Below are positions 51,722-64,000 of a stretch of DNA of 64,000 nt, in pieces. Positions within the stretch are counted from its first letter, which is position 1, and every line of letters starts with the position of its first letter. The position numbers were made by a program, and so were the translations under genes. The notes under the pieces are model-generated. The model was given only the letters and a program-made list of their open reading frames with translations. It was not told where the DNA came from and did not search any database. The stretch is from Dimorphilus gyrociliatus (lineage: Eukaryota > Animalia > Annelida). Where the stretch lies: contig CAJFCJ010000005.1 of NCBI GenBank assembly GCA_904063045.1, forward strand, positions 1,875,988 to 1,939,987, given 5' to 3'.

Positions 51722-54700
51722 TCAAGCAGGACCGCTCTCTGGATCGGGCTGAGGAGCTATGCCGCTAAATTGAACTGCATCGTTCGGAAAATAAATACTC
51801 GGTTCCGTATTGCGACGCTTGATTTTCGTCTTGGTCTTTTTAAGCATTGTCGCCTAAGGGTGGGGAGAAAAGAGAGGATGGGATTAATTCTATTTAATTA
51901 TCTTAATTATCTTCCGGCTGCCTTATTACCTTCAAAGCAGACCTGAGCACGACAACCTGACCGGCAGACTGTATCCACGGTTCACCGTCTACTTGTACCG
52001 GCAAGTCAGTGAGTAGGTGAATGCGCAACTGAAAAGTTTAAGACAATTTTGGAAACGTGAAAGTTATCAATTTATATATCGATTATCCTTACGTGTCCTG
52101 CTTGCGCAATCCTTATAGCCGAACGCAGACCGCTTTGAATTTGGCCCATATGCACAACGCCAGTGACCCCGACCACTTCGAGCATACCATCGTAATGAGT
52201 CGGTTTGGCGAATTGATCATCCTTTTCTGGTCCCCACGGATTGGCACCCGAACCCCACGAGAGAATGTTAAGAATGATAATGCCCTCTAGCGGTGGCAAT
52301 TCGATCAACTTTCCATCCGCCTCTACCTTAATCCACTTATGAAGATCCTTACAACTGCGGCGGTTCACCATCTTACGCAGGCCCATCTTGATGTAGACGC
52401 CCTTGTTGCGGAGGCGGCTGTTAAACTTGTCTGGATTCTCCTCTCGAGCCATGTGAAAGTCGTAACAAAGGTCGGCATCAATGCCGATACCAAAATAATT
52501 ATTCATAACGAATATAGATGTCTGATCCTCATTCGTATTAGCAGCATTCGTATCGTGCGCCAGCGAGATCTTAGTATCATCTGTCTCTTTTTCGTTCGGA
52601 TGGAAAATGACAGTCCACCTATCTAACTTTATCTCTTCCGCCTCGATAACGTCCCTGAGCAGATTAATCGGCTCCTCCGTTCCTGTATAACCGCTTCCCC
52701 AACGTAGTACCCTAGCTAGATCGTTACCAGTTCCTAAAGGTACAACAGCCATTGGTGGACTCTGACATTGGGCATCCTGTCCGACATTATCCAAACAACT
52801 CAAGGCCCATCCAACAGTTCCATCACCACCACTAACTAAAATCTTGAAGAAGGGCAAATTACGGAATACATAAAGACCCGGTAAAGGTCCACCATTCATT
52901 AGGTCGAATACCTGGTGAGGGTTGAGTAGTTTACGGAAGGAACGAATTAAATCCATACCCTGCTGGCCTCCCGATTTAACATTGACTAGAACTAAAAGAG
53001 GAGTGACGTTCGACGGCACAGTTTGCGGTTGTATGTTCGGTAAGAGAAGTACCAGCAGTTGTTTGTCATCAAAGACAGCATCTCTTAGAACATTATAAGC
53101 TCTCGTAGCTGTGTCCGGATCCTTATAAAGTAAAACAAGCGAGCCGTATTCATAGTAGATAACATCGAAAGACGACCACTTGGTATCCGCCCGATTTAGG
53201 CCTATATCGTTGAGTATTTTCTCATACTGACGTTGATTCAATCCGGTCGGTAGATTTCCAATATACATAGCTATATGGGGACCATGCGGATCACTTTTTA
53301 ATTTCAGATAATAGCGCGTCATGCGGTATTGACGAAGCGACTCCTTCCGGCTCAGGTGAACGGCTTCCAGCAGTTTTTCGTCCGATTTTAATTCCCCTTC
53401 CGTAACACCTTTATCTAATAGAACTTCGACTAGCGCGAACTTGACAGGATCGGCCGTTTCAAGACCAAATTCTTTGAGCGCTTGAGCAATGACGTCTAAT
53501 ACTGTCGTTGTCTTACCGACACACATAATCTTATATTGGGCTGTCACCCTACTTGATATATTCAGCAAGGCTCCGGCGTAGATCTTTATAAAACACTTTT
53601 CTGGTTCAGGATCTCTATAACGGAGGAAAACACAAGGTCTCTTTCCATCTCGAACCTTGGTTTGTGACCTAACCGTTTGAGATACTTCCAATTCTCTTTC
53701 TATTGGTTCACCGCTCCTAGATCCCGAAAATTCGGTATAATCTTTTAGAGTTTGGATCTCACCCTCTGAGCTTCCCTTCTCTAACATATCAGCAACATAA
53801 TAATTATTTGGCTCCTCCGCTATATGGAATGTACGAAGGGCGGCTTCGAGTAGGACTTGAACGGGCGCTGATTTAGGCACAGTAACAACCCTACAACACT
53901 TTCTTTTCAGCGAGGCGTTACCGTCGAATATCCTTACGACCTCCTCGTCGCGTTCCCTTTTTTCTTTGTCATTAGGCGATTTCCTATCGTAAGCGTCAGT
54001 CAAAAGTTCGTCTCCCCCTTTCGAATCTCCAGACGACGAGAATTCATCACTAACTATATTAGGGATAGAAACTATAATTAGGCGAGCGGCTCAATTTAAA
54101 TAGTTCATCAAGTATTTACTCACCACTAACGGGGTCTTTAGTAAGGAGAAGTGAGAAAACGAAGAAGAAGATGATGATGAAGATGATATAAAAGTAGAGT
54201 TTTAATGGAAAACGAAAGAGTTAATAGATGGAAATTGAAAAAAATAGTAATTTACTTACTAGGTCTTTTTTGGAAACGATAGATGCTCTCTTGACTTAGA
54301 TGCATTCTAGGAATGGTTAAAGAGCACGGAGGTAGCATAATTTCTCTTAAACAACCAAAACTACATTCCTCCGGCAATTGTCTATAACAATGTGAATGGG
54401 CCGTCACACCGCACCACTCACATCTCATACCAGCTAGACATTCGCTAGACCAGCAAGTTTTTTTGCAACCTAAGCATTTACTATTGGCTGGTAGGTTACC
54501 TTCCCGCCAATGATGATATTGTTTAACTGCCGCTTTATCCTTATAAGGATTGAACGTCGCGCATTCTTTGCAGTCGCTAACGACGAAGTCGTGGCACTCC
54601 AGGTGAACATAGTATTCGCAAATCTCGCAACGGTAAGCGGAAACGCTCTCCTCTATACGCTTGCGGCATAAGTTGCAGAACTTTCTCTTGAAATGTCCAG

Positions 54701-55481
54701 GTTCCGACCAACAGTGTGCAACAGGGTTCTGAAAATATAAATGAATAATTTTATCTTATTAAATAGAATATTATCAACGCCATCTATCGGGCCGATTATA
54801 TTTTATCAATAACGACGACGAGAGGCGCTGCATCGTTACTGTACCTTTATCAACTGCGTCGCTATACTCGAACAAGCGCTGACCACATTCTTCAGGCAAC
54901 GTTCGTGAGCAGTGAAGTTGCAGACTGCGAATATCATATACAAACATTAATTAATTTACAATAAACATGTTTGTTGATGATTTAAAAGCCAAACAAGATA
55001 ATCAGAGAAAAAAATTAAAAAACCTTCTATGCACTCAGTGTCTAATGTGTGTAGCATAAAATGCAATACACCTACAATGTATTTTTTTTTTATCATCTTG
55101 TTTTCTTCTCCCTCAAGTATTACTTTTAGGCCTTTTAACGTAAACTTGTAAGTATATCATATAAATATGCATATATGCATGTATACATATATATAATATA
55201 TGCATAGGTACTGTATCGTACTCCTAGAAGCATGTATTTGCATTAACGCATATATTAATTCGAATGAGGGTGAACGTATTTAAGTTTTTATTATTATTAT
55301 TGAAAAGCATTTTTTTAAGGCTGCTGTGGAATAGTTATAACGCCTTTATATAGCATATACAATATATATACTGTATTTATATCGTTTAAACGAGTCTTGC
55401 TGAATGAACAGATAAATTTAGATGACTACTGTTCTCTGTCTTTCTCTTTTTTCCCTCGCTATCTATCTTTCTGTCCATTTT

Positions 55482-55519
<38 letters not shown>

Positions 55520-56555
55520 TTATAAATATCTAAAGAGCCTATATTCGTGTATCCTATACTGTTACGTATAAATATGCAATTTGATTATAGTTTCAATGAT
55601 ACTTTACGTATAAATAGCCATATACTGTGTACTATGAATATGTTGTATATATTTGTCATACATATTATAACGTGTATTCTCTCTGCCTATCTTGCTCTTA
55701 ACAGACTATTAAACGACATATCTTAAATTTTATATATTCCATTATACTTACAACAAGTCTATATATATATATATATATATATATAATTGTAAACCTTCTA
55801 TGTGTTTGTTACTCGATGTTCTGTTTATCCATAGGAGTTATATAAACCAACGCCTCTTTACATTTTGTATTCCTCTATTAATTCAAGACAATGTAAACGT
55901 GAAAACGTGAGTTTGTGTAGGTACAAGTATTCTTTTGTGTACAATAAATGCATGTAATTACATTCAGAAGGTTTTTCCCACATAAACGCATAAGCGTTCC
56001 CCGTTCATGCAGTATGTGCTCCACCGCTACAACACAAGTTATGTACATTAATGCCTATATAGGGTATTCTGTGTTTTGACGTACATATGTGTGTACAAGT
56101 GCACAAATGTATCTAAATATCTATTGTTTGCCGTATAAGTACTATGAATTTGTCATTTAATTTATATCTGAATCTACTATATGAGCTATATATATACGCT
56201 GCATATGAAATATATTCATAAATATATACATTCATTTAAATATATTTGTGTATATATCTATATATATAAATATATATATATATATGCTATATATGCAATA
56301 TATATATATAGTGACATATATATAAATTTATTCGATATATTTAATCTTAATGAAAGCGAAGCCTATATTGATTTTTTTTAAATGCTATTCTTCATTTAAA
56401 TACTAACCTTCGCACTGATATCCTTGACCAATCAAACCCCAAAGCATATCTGTACAATGATGACAATAAACGGGCTTGTGGAATGACTTCTTCGTGAAGA
56501 AGTGTCCATGCCCACCGTCCAAACTATCGTCAGCCGATAACGAATCCGACGCCAT
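51722..56555 (-). CDS. DGKQ: Diacylglycerol kinase theta (3 C1 domains, RA region, RRM-like segment, DAGKc/DAGKa)
   Basis: Exon 1 56555-56408 (MASDS..HFFTKKSFHKPVYCHHC), three C1 domains, KSGG, GGDGTVGW, PLGTGNDLAR, MNNYFGIG, PVQVDGEPW; ends PDPESGPA* at 51722. Confidence 0.95.
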
Positions 56556-57300
56556 TTGCGTCTACAGTCCAGCTGTCGTTGCCGTTTTCTACAAACCTTC
56601 GTCAATGGAACCGTCAACTATTCAGCGATGGCATATTATATTATACGTCGACGCCATTTTAACTGGCGCAGGCGCAGCATTGCAGTTTTCCGAACGGACA
56701 AACTCGCATCGTTAAAGAGCTGACGACCGCCATCTGTCGACAACGCAGGCGCTATCTGCTGTAGAATTTCATTTAATTTTATTTATTGTTTTATGCAATC
56801 TATATTTTTCATTTAAGTAACATCAAATTATTCTTTCATCCATTCTTAAGAAAACTAATATATCAATACAATTTACAAAACTTGCCAATTAAAATCGTTT
56901 CAATACCATTGGGGCTGCACAAACGGGTCTGCTTGTTGATTCATATTCATATAAAAATTATATATACATATATATAAAAGTGTATGTGCTTATGCCGGTC
57001 CTCAGACATATTTAGTGTTTTGTTTTATGTATAATATACAATTTTTTCGAATATATACATGTTTATGCATATATCCATGGACATAGTTATTTATTTTGCA
57101 AGTACATATATCTATACTCTTGCCTTCTATGTTGCCTACATACATATATATATATACATATACAAATATATACATATACATATATATACATATACATATA
57201 TGAAGATATAAATGTATATAAGTATGTATATAAGAGTATGAATATATGCATATACATTAACACATTATTTATGCATATATGCATACATATTTACCATTTA
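55485..57300. repeat. Dispersed TA/TACA microsatellite tracts (DGK intron 1 and YTHDF 3' region)
   Basis: Runs at 55485-55515, 55760-55785, 56180-56330 and 57100-57300; source of the Y/I-rich spurious ORFs. Confidence 0.8.
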
Positions 57301-57692
57301 TACATATTACACACGCATTTTTATTTAGAAACGGGCGTGTGTAGTAAACATGCATACATAATTGTATATGTGAATGTAAAAACAAGCCTTTATCAATTTT
57401 ATAATATTTTTTTTACACATTCAATCGCTCGTACAGTCATTTTTTTAAATCTAGTATCAGTCATAATCAAAGTTTGAAGAAGAGCAAAAAATATTTATAT
57501 CCAGTCTCTTATATCTCAATTCATATATCAGTCTTCTAGCGGTTTTCACCGTATAACAGTCGTACATAAAATGTAAAAATAAGAAGCGCCTAAATGTGTA
57601 GTAATGGGTAAACTGAAAAGGGTTCGTGTGTAGATTTGTTTTTTCATTAATTTGCCTCCATTTTAATATTAATATAAGTAATAAATCATCTT

Positions 57693-59591
57693 CTATTCCC
57701 TCTTGTTCATTCTCCGCTCTCTACCAGAACGTTCCCGATCATCGCGTGATTCCTTTGAACATGAAATGAAAAGACAGAATTAATGGGGATTATTTATTGG
57801 TATGGTCAGTTGTCTTACTTTAGCATCTGTTTTCGTGGTATCGTCTTCCTTTTGACGGTTTTCATAATGAATAAAATCGTCAAATATGGAAGTGGTCTGC
57901 CTATATTGATGTATAATACGTAAAACCTGTCGACCCTTATCGGGTGGAACTTCTTGGGTATCTCGAGAATTCGTTACTGGTTTATTCTCATTATTTTCTA
58001 AACGAATATGACGTAATTGCGAATTTGGTACATCCTTAACATATATCCATTTAACTTCGAATTTCCCGCGCCATTTATCTTGTGCCCAAACACTACTAGT
58101 TGTTGAATAATCGACGGCACTCATCATTTGAGCAACGCCGCAAAAATGTCCAGAACCGTTGACGGAGAAGAATAAATAAACAGGTCCTTTACCCTCTCGT
58201 TCGTTGAAAGCTGAGTCAAGCCGTTTATTTCCGTGCTCCGTGCTACACCATATAGCATATTTTATCGACCGATGTATATCATCTTCACTATAACTTTTTA
58301 TTATAAAAAATCTAGCTCCTTTTACGTTTAGATTTAAATCCTTAGGGTTATACGTATTCGCCGATTTAAGTTTATCTAAGAGAGGATGAGATGGTGATAC
58401 AGTTGCCGGTGCAGATGTAGGAGTTGCGTTATTATATGGTCTTCCTCGGGGAGCAATCCAATTCGGCTGGGGCTTTAGTGGCTGTTGTTGTTGCTGTTGG
58501 ATTGCTGGTTTCATTTTATTATCTGTTGCCCACGTTCCTATGTCCATATTTTTTGTTGTAACGGGTGGAGGAGGAGGTCGATTTGTAGGCTTAGTCTTAA
58601 TACCCGTTTGATGGAATTTTCCAGGTTGAGAAGCTATAGATGCCCAAGTTTTCTTTGATGAACCACCTACATTTTGCGGTACAGAGTTTGTTACAGAGTT
58701 TTCCCCTGCACCACACGAATCTGCAGCATCGTCGTTGAGAGAGACGCTCTTAAGACTCTGTTCTACAGGATTTATATCGTTTGCCGATGAATTTTCATTT
58801 TGAATAATACCAGTTCCGTTAACAGGATTATAGTCCGTCATATTCATATTGCCTCCATAAAATTCAGAGTATTGGAAGGGTCGTTCATCCTTTTGCCTGG
58901 TTGTTACAGTTGCTGGAGCAGCCGGAGAACTATTATTGTATGTATAGTTTGGAAAGTCCCATCCAAACCCCGTATTATAATTAAAATTACTATACATTCC
59001 GTTATTTGCTGGTAAATAATCAGGAGGGTTTCCGTAAAACACAGAATTCATGGGATCAGGGGTATTCGACCAGTTGGTAGCGTTGTCACTTAAGGTAGCT
59101 GTATTTTGAGGATAGAAACCTGGGCCCACGTAATAGTTGGGCACAAAATGATCCCCAGTTTGATTAGGCATTGCAGTTACAGGAGGAGCTGGAGCGCTAC
59201 TAAATGCAGTCTAAAAGATATACATTAATTCATAAAATATTATTAAATAAGAAACAAATCGTCAATAAAAAACCTGTGGCACTCCTGTGTATGCATCAAA
59301 TTTGTTTTCACTGGACTTAACAAATGTTGCTTCACGATTAGGGCCGTTCGAACCTGGTCGTACGAAGATCATAAAAATGAAAACCACGATGTGGTTTGCA
59401 TGCTTTGATATTTACCTTGACTTTGCTGTGTCTTCGATATCTGAAATTAAAACAGTTAAATAAAAATAAATAATATAATAAATAATTATTCTAGTCTATT
59501 TGTAACGCCTGCATGTGAACTAAGCCGCCTTAAACAAACTTAAATAAGCAAGTTTATCGGAAGTATGTACCTGATCAACGCTGGTAGACAT
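57693..59591 (-). CDS. YTHDF: YTH domain family m6A reader (YTHDF), 5 exons
   Basis: Start MSTSVDQ (59591-59571) resembles vertebrate MSATSVDQ. P/Q/N-rich middle, [15 protein letters not shown]; [44 protein letters not shown] with cage Trp residues. Last exon ESRDDRE..KRE*. Confidence 0.96.
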
Positions 59592-60456
59592 CACAACAGA
59601 TCAGTTAACAAGTTTGCAATTATTGTAGTATATAATTGAAAAAGATTTCTTCAAAATTAGTGACAACTTTTTTCCAATTACTTAAGATCACAAGCACACG
59701 TTTTTCAATAATTATCCCTTTTTCTAATGTCTGCCTTATGGCGACCGTCAGGCCGAGTAGTGATCTCGTAAATTGTCTCGGTGTCGGTCTTGCACGAGAT
59801 TATATTTCTAGTTTTAAAAATTAAAATATTTGCTAAATAGTGTAAAATATTATATTAAAAAATTTTTAATAATGAAAAATATTTCGTACGAAACTATCTT
59901 TGCTTTTATGTGCTTGAAATAAAATATACTTTTCAAAATGGCGAACTGATTTAGGGTTATTATGCAGCCATTTTGATATTATTATGTAATTTTATATGGT
60001 ATTCTTCTAAAAAAAAACCCACATTTAAGAGGAGAAACTAGGCAAAATATAAAAATGGTGAACGTTGACGTCACGATTCATGTCCATGATGCCTCAGAAA
60101 AAATGGCCGATGTGGTGACATTGTGTTGCTTGGATAGCAGAATTGCATTTTTGTAAAAATTTGGTGAGCCCATTGCTTATTCTAGCCGATTTTATATCAA
60201 CTATTAACCCACATTCGCTATGTAAGATGTTGTCTTGTCGTGTCCGTTGACTTCGAGGAAGTTTCAATACTCTTTTTTTATTTTGATCTAATTAACCGAT
60301 TCTTTTGATCCTCTGAGATATCTGTACCTAAAAGTTCAATTTTCAATATTTTTACAATTGATTACCCGTTTAACTTGGAAATTTTGCATTTCAGATATTA
60401 ATTTTTTTCTTTACTTTTTGTACAGTCATGCTCAAGTCATTCGAAACGGCAACACT
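59592..60456. promoter_or_regulatory. Divergent YTHDF/Pumilio promoter region with YY1-like and CRE motifs
   Basis: AAAATGG(C/T) at about 59936, 60053 and 60101, GCCATTTT at about 59967, TGACGTCA at 60066-60073; probable Pumilio 5'UTR intron 60164-60425. Confidence 0.5.
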
Positions 60457-63400
60457 ATGAATCACTCGGGTTGGGAAGTAAACGATCTAATGATAAATGG
60501 TCATGATATGACAACGACGAGAAATACACAACAAACAAGATCGCAAGATGATGCAAACGTCGATTATTTTTATCAACGTCCGCATACCGATATGGTGCAA
60601 CATTTGAACAAAAGATGGGCGCCTGGGGACGATTCTATCTTAGAGATGGCTGCCCAAGGAAAGCCTGTTGCTTACCTTGAACGGGAGCTGCATAGTATTT
60701 CATTAGAAAGTGCAAAAGACGTAAGATTTCAAGATAAAACTTTAATAACCATTCACCGAATCTATCTATTTTCAGATTAATGCAAAGAAAATTTGGGAAG
60801 AGAATAAAACCGGCGATAAATGGTCTAATAGTCCCTGGCCTCCTGTAGTAAGTCGAAATGATCACGACACTTGGACAAGTGGAGGAACAAGCGGTGGTTT
60901 ACTAAGTGTCGATATGGCAGAATATGTATTAGGAAGCTCTTCTCCTGACACGAGGATTTCATCTTCCATAAAACGATATGCAGGGGGAGGTGATGCTGAT
61001 GGTTCTAAACATTTAGAAAATCAAAAGGAGAAGAAAGAAAGGCTTATTGAGGAACAAGCTAGAACCCCACTACTATCAAATGCTGTGGACGATAGCCCTA
61101 ATAAACAGACATCTCAATCTGAGGATGATAGTGGACAACATGGGGAAGAATCTAGGATGAAGATAATAAATAAATGTGATGAATATTCTGGTCCTGTAGC
61201 CTCAGCAGGAGTAGACTTACCAACTGTTGCTATTCTACCAACTGTTGTTCAGCAACAGCAGCAGTCTTTTCAAAGTGATGTTTCTGAACCGAGTGCCTAC
61301 TTACAATCGCACCACGATTACATGATGCCACCTGTAAATGATCCCGACTATCAAATGGTAAGATTCATCAAGAGTTATGAACAGTTTATAAATGCAAAAA
61401 ATTCACTTTCTCTACTAGGTTGGTCGGCAACAAATGATTATGGACCAAGCTCAAACTAATGGTTATGTAACACAACCAACGGCCCTAGGTATGAAGGACG
61501 TTTTACAATTTCATTGATATTAATCAAAACTGTCCCAACAGGTACTACGCACGTTATGCAACCTGCTCAGTATTACAGCGTTCAAGCACCATGGGCTGTT
61601 TATCCAACAAATATTTTACCAGCAAATCAGCAGCAGCAACAACAAGCGCCAGTTTATAGACATTATCAAAGACCAGTTACACCCCATCAAACAGGTCCTG
61701 AAGGTGAAATGTCGATGCAGCAGGATAATACCTTAATTTTTCAAAACCCTCAATATCAAATAATCGCTGCTCAAGCCTACTACGATCAAAATGGGCAGTT
61801 AGTAATGAATAATGGACGTAATTTACCAGCTCCAATGCGCCTGGTCTCGCCAGCTGCGCCACATGTTATGCAAGGGGGACAGAATGGAGTGAGAATACTA
61901 GCCCCAAATCCCCAACAACAACCTCCAAATTATGCTAGTAATACCTCAACACCACACAATTCGCTGACGGATGGTATGTATCAGAATTTATTTCTCGTCC
62001 AGTTATAATATTTATTATCTGCAGCTTATGGAAACGGACCAACTAGCCAACAAGCTTTTAGCCCCCAAACATTTACTTCGCCTTATGCTCATTCAGGTTT
62101 GTACTGTTGATTAAAAATTGAAAATACGTCATTTACTTTTAAAACTAACAGCAGCTCCAAACGCAAGAAGAGATTCTTTTGGATCATTGGATTATAAAGG
62201 GCAATCAGGCACACTATCACGAGCGCCGTTTCCTGCTCAATTTTATAGTCCCATAGGTGGAACAGTTAGTCCTTTGGGAACTACCGGTCTTTCTACACCA
62301 CCTCCTGTACATAATTTGAGTACGCAACGAACACCAAATGCTTTCTACTCTCCCGCTCCTGGAGCGGAGGTGAAATACAGACAATCAGCCCAAGCGCCGT
62401 CAGGAGCTAACTATTCAATGACCTTAATGGGAGGACGAACTGGAGCTAAAACACCTTCGAAAGAACCTGCAAGGTCAAGACTTTTGGAAGATTTTCGTAG
62501 CAACCGATTACCAAACATACAATTGAAGGAACTTGTAAACCATGTTGTTGAATTTTCCCAAGACCAACATGGCTCAAGATTTATCCAGCAGAAATTAGAA
62601 AGGGCTACAATTCAAGAAAAAACATTGATATTTAATGAAATCCTTCCAATGGCTTTTGTGCTAATGACAGATGTTTTTGGAAATTATGTCATACAGAAAT
62701 TTTTTGATTTTGGTTCTAATGAACAAAAAGCAACTTTAGCCAACAAGGTTAAAGGTAATGTTTTGATGCTGGCCCTTCAAATGTACGGTTGCAGAGTTAT
62801 ACAGAAAGCCCTTGAATGCATTCAGCCAGATATGCAAGTTGATTTGGTAAAGGAACTCGATGGGAATGTGTTGAAATGTGTAAAAGATCAGAATGGCAAT
62901 CATGTCATTCAGAAATGCATAGAGTGTGTTGAACCGAAAAATTTGGATTTTGTGATTAATTCTTTTAAAACTCAAGTTACACAGCTATCTACACATCCAT
63001 ATGGTTGTCGCGTTATACAACGCGTTCTAGAAAATTGCACCTCTGATCAAGTGGGTGTTGTTTTGGATGAAATGCATGAAAACACAGAGAGGCTGATACA
63101 GGACCAATATGGGAATTATGTCATTCAGCATGTGTTGGAACACGGAAGAGCTGAAGATAAAACGAAGATTGTTAAAGCTGTTAGGGGTAAAGTTATGAGC
63201 TTATCTCAGCACAAGTTCGCCTCGAATGTCGTTGAAAAGTGTGTTTCGCACTCTTCGGCTCCAGAACGACGTTCACTTATTGATGAAGTTCTGCAGATGA
63301 ACGACAGGTAAATTATTAAATAATAATTTTAATATATATTATAGATATAGATAATAATCATTATTTGCAAAGCAGTTCTCACACTGGATTGTATACGATG

Positions 63401-63622
63401 ATGAAGGATCAGTACGCTAACTACGTGATTCAGAAAATGATTGACGTTGCAGATTCCTCGCAGAAAAAGCTACTTGTACAAAAAATTAGACCACATGTAA
63501 CTACTTTAAGAAAGTATACATACGGCAAGCATATTCTGGCTAAATTAGAAAAATTTTGCCTGAAAGCTAATCGGGACTTAGGTCCTATTGGAATGCCACC
63601 AAATGGCGCTTTGCCACGTTAA
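60457..63622 (+). CDS. PUM: Pumilio (PUF) RNA-binding protein
   Basis: [30 protein letters not shown]. Eight Puf repeats with canonical recognition sets SRFIQ, NYVIQ, CRVIQ, NHVIQ, CRVIQ, NYVIQ, SNVVE, NYVIQ. Ends GALPR*. Confidence 0.97.
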
Positions 63623-63664
63623 ATTTAAATGGTTTAACTATAGTACTGTGTGAATGTCTACACA

Positions 63665-64000
63665 TTACATATACATACATATATATATATATATATAAAT
63701 ATATACATACGTATATACAGTGTAATATTTTTTTAAGTTTGTGGTGTTTAATTGTGATTTTCTCTTTTCCTTTCGTGTGGCAAATTTTGAGAGGGACTTT
63801 TTTTATATAAGGAATGCAATTGAATATAAACTATTGTTTGTTCTGAATAATTGTAAATTTATTGTTGTTCGTTTATTGCGGCTTGTATATCTCTGTACAC
63901 TTGTATAAATTAATATATATATGTCGATATGTCTATATGTATATATGTGAGTATTCAGATGTATATATATATATATATATGTATATGTATATGTGTATAT
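63665..64000. repeat. TA/TG-rich microsatellite tracts in the Pumilio 3'UTR
   Basis: Runs at 63665-63715 and 63915-64000. Confidence 0.8.

Noticed and set aside
51668-51768. Plus-strand exon-like frame (LEMSAGEQQ..LCR*) as a possible C3orf20-like last exon
   Set aside because: Antisense to the DGK-theta terminal exon, which explains its coding-like composition.
56181-57477. Tyr/Ile-rich ORFs (also 2464-2880, 23436-23663, 25497-25721, 29167-29382)
   Set aside because: Translation artefacts of TA microsatellites.

Overview
AT-rich metazoan genomic DNA with densely packed genes and mostly 45-90 nt GT-AG introns. Gene content and compaction suggest a small-genome lophotrochozoan, possibly an annelid (inference only). 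No prokaryotic features, CRISPR arrays, tRNA/rRNA or recognisable transposons were seen. Hand-built gene order: HNRNPK(+) with miR-7 in its last intron, METAP2(-), MPND(+), pancreatic-lipase-family gene(+), PSMG2(+), CCDC90/MCUR1(-), CCDC162-like(+), an ~8.3 kb gene-free interval, an unnamed acidic secreted granin-like protein(-), a Ly6/uPAR GPI-type protein(-), PWWP2(+), a possible small membrane-protein gene(-), C8orf74-like(+), RPN1(-), TBC1D22(+), C3orf20/FAM194-like(+), DGK-theta(-), YTHDF(-), Pumilio(+). I found no clearly new multi-gene system. The best leads are a possible structural/QKI-type control element at pri-miR-7, a Glu-to-Gln change in the MPND JAMM site, two secreted genes largely missed by the ORF track, X-box-like motifs before three uncharacterised genes, a shared bidirectional poly(A) signal, a 12-nt DGK-theta microexon and the head-to-head YTHDF/Pumilio pair. 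Homology calls come from remembered motifs, not database searches.
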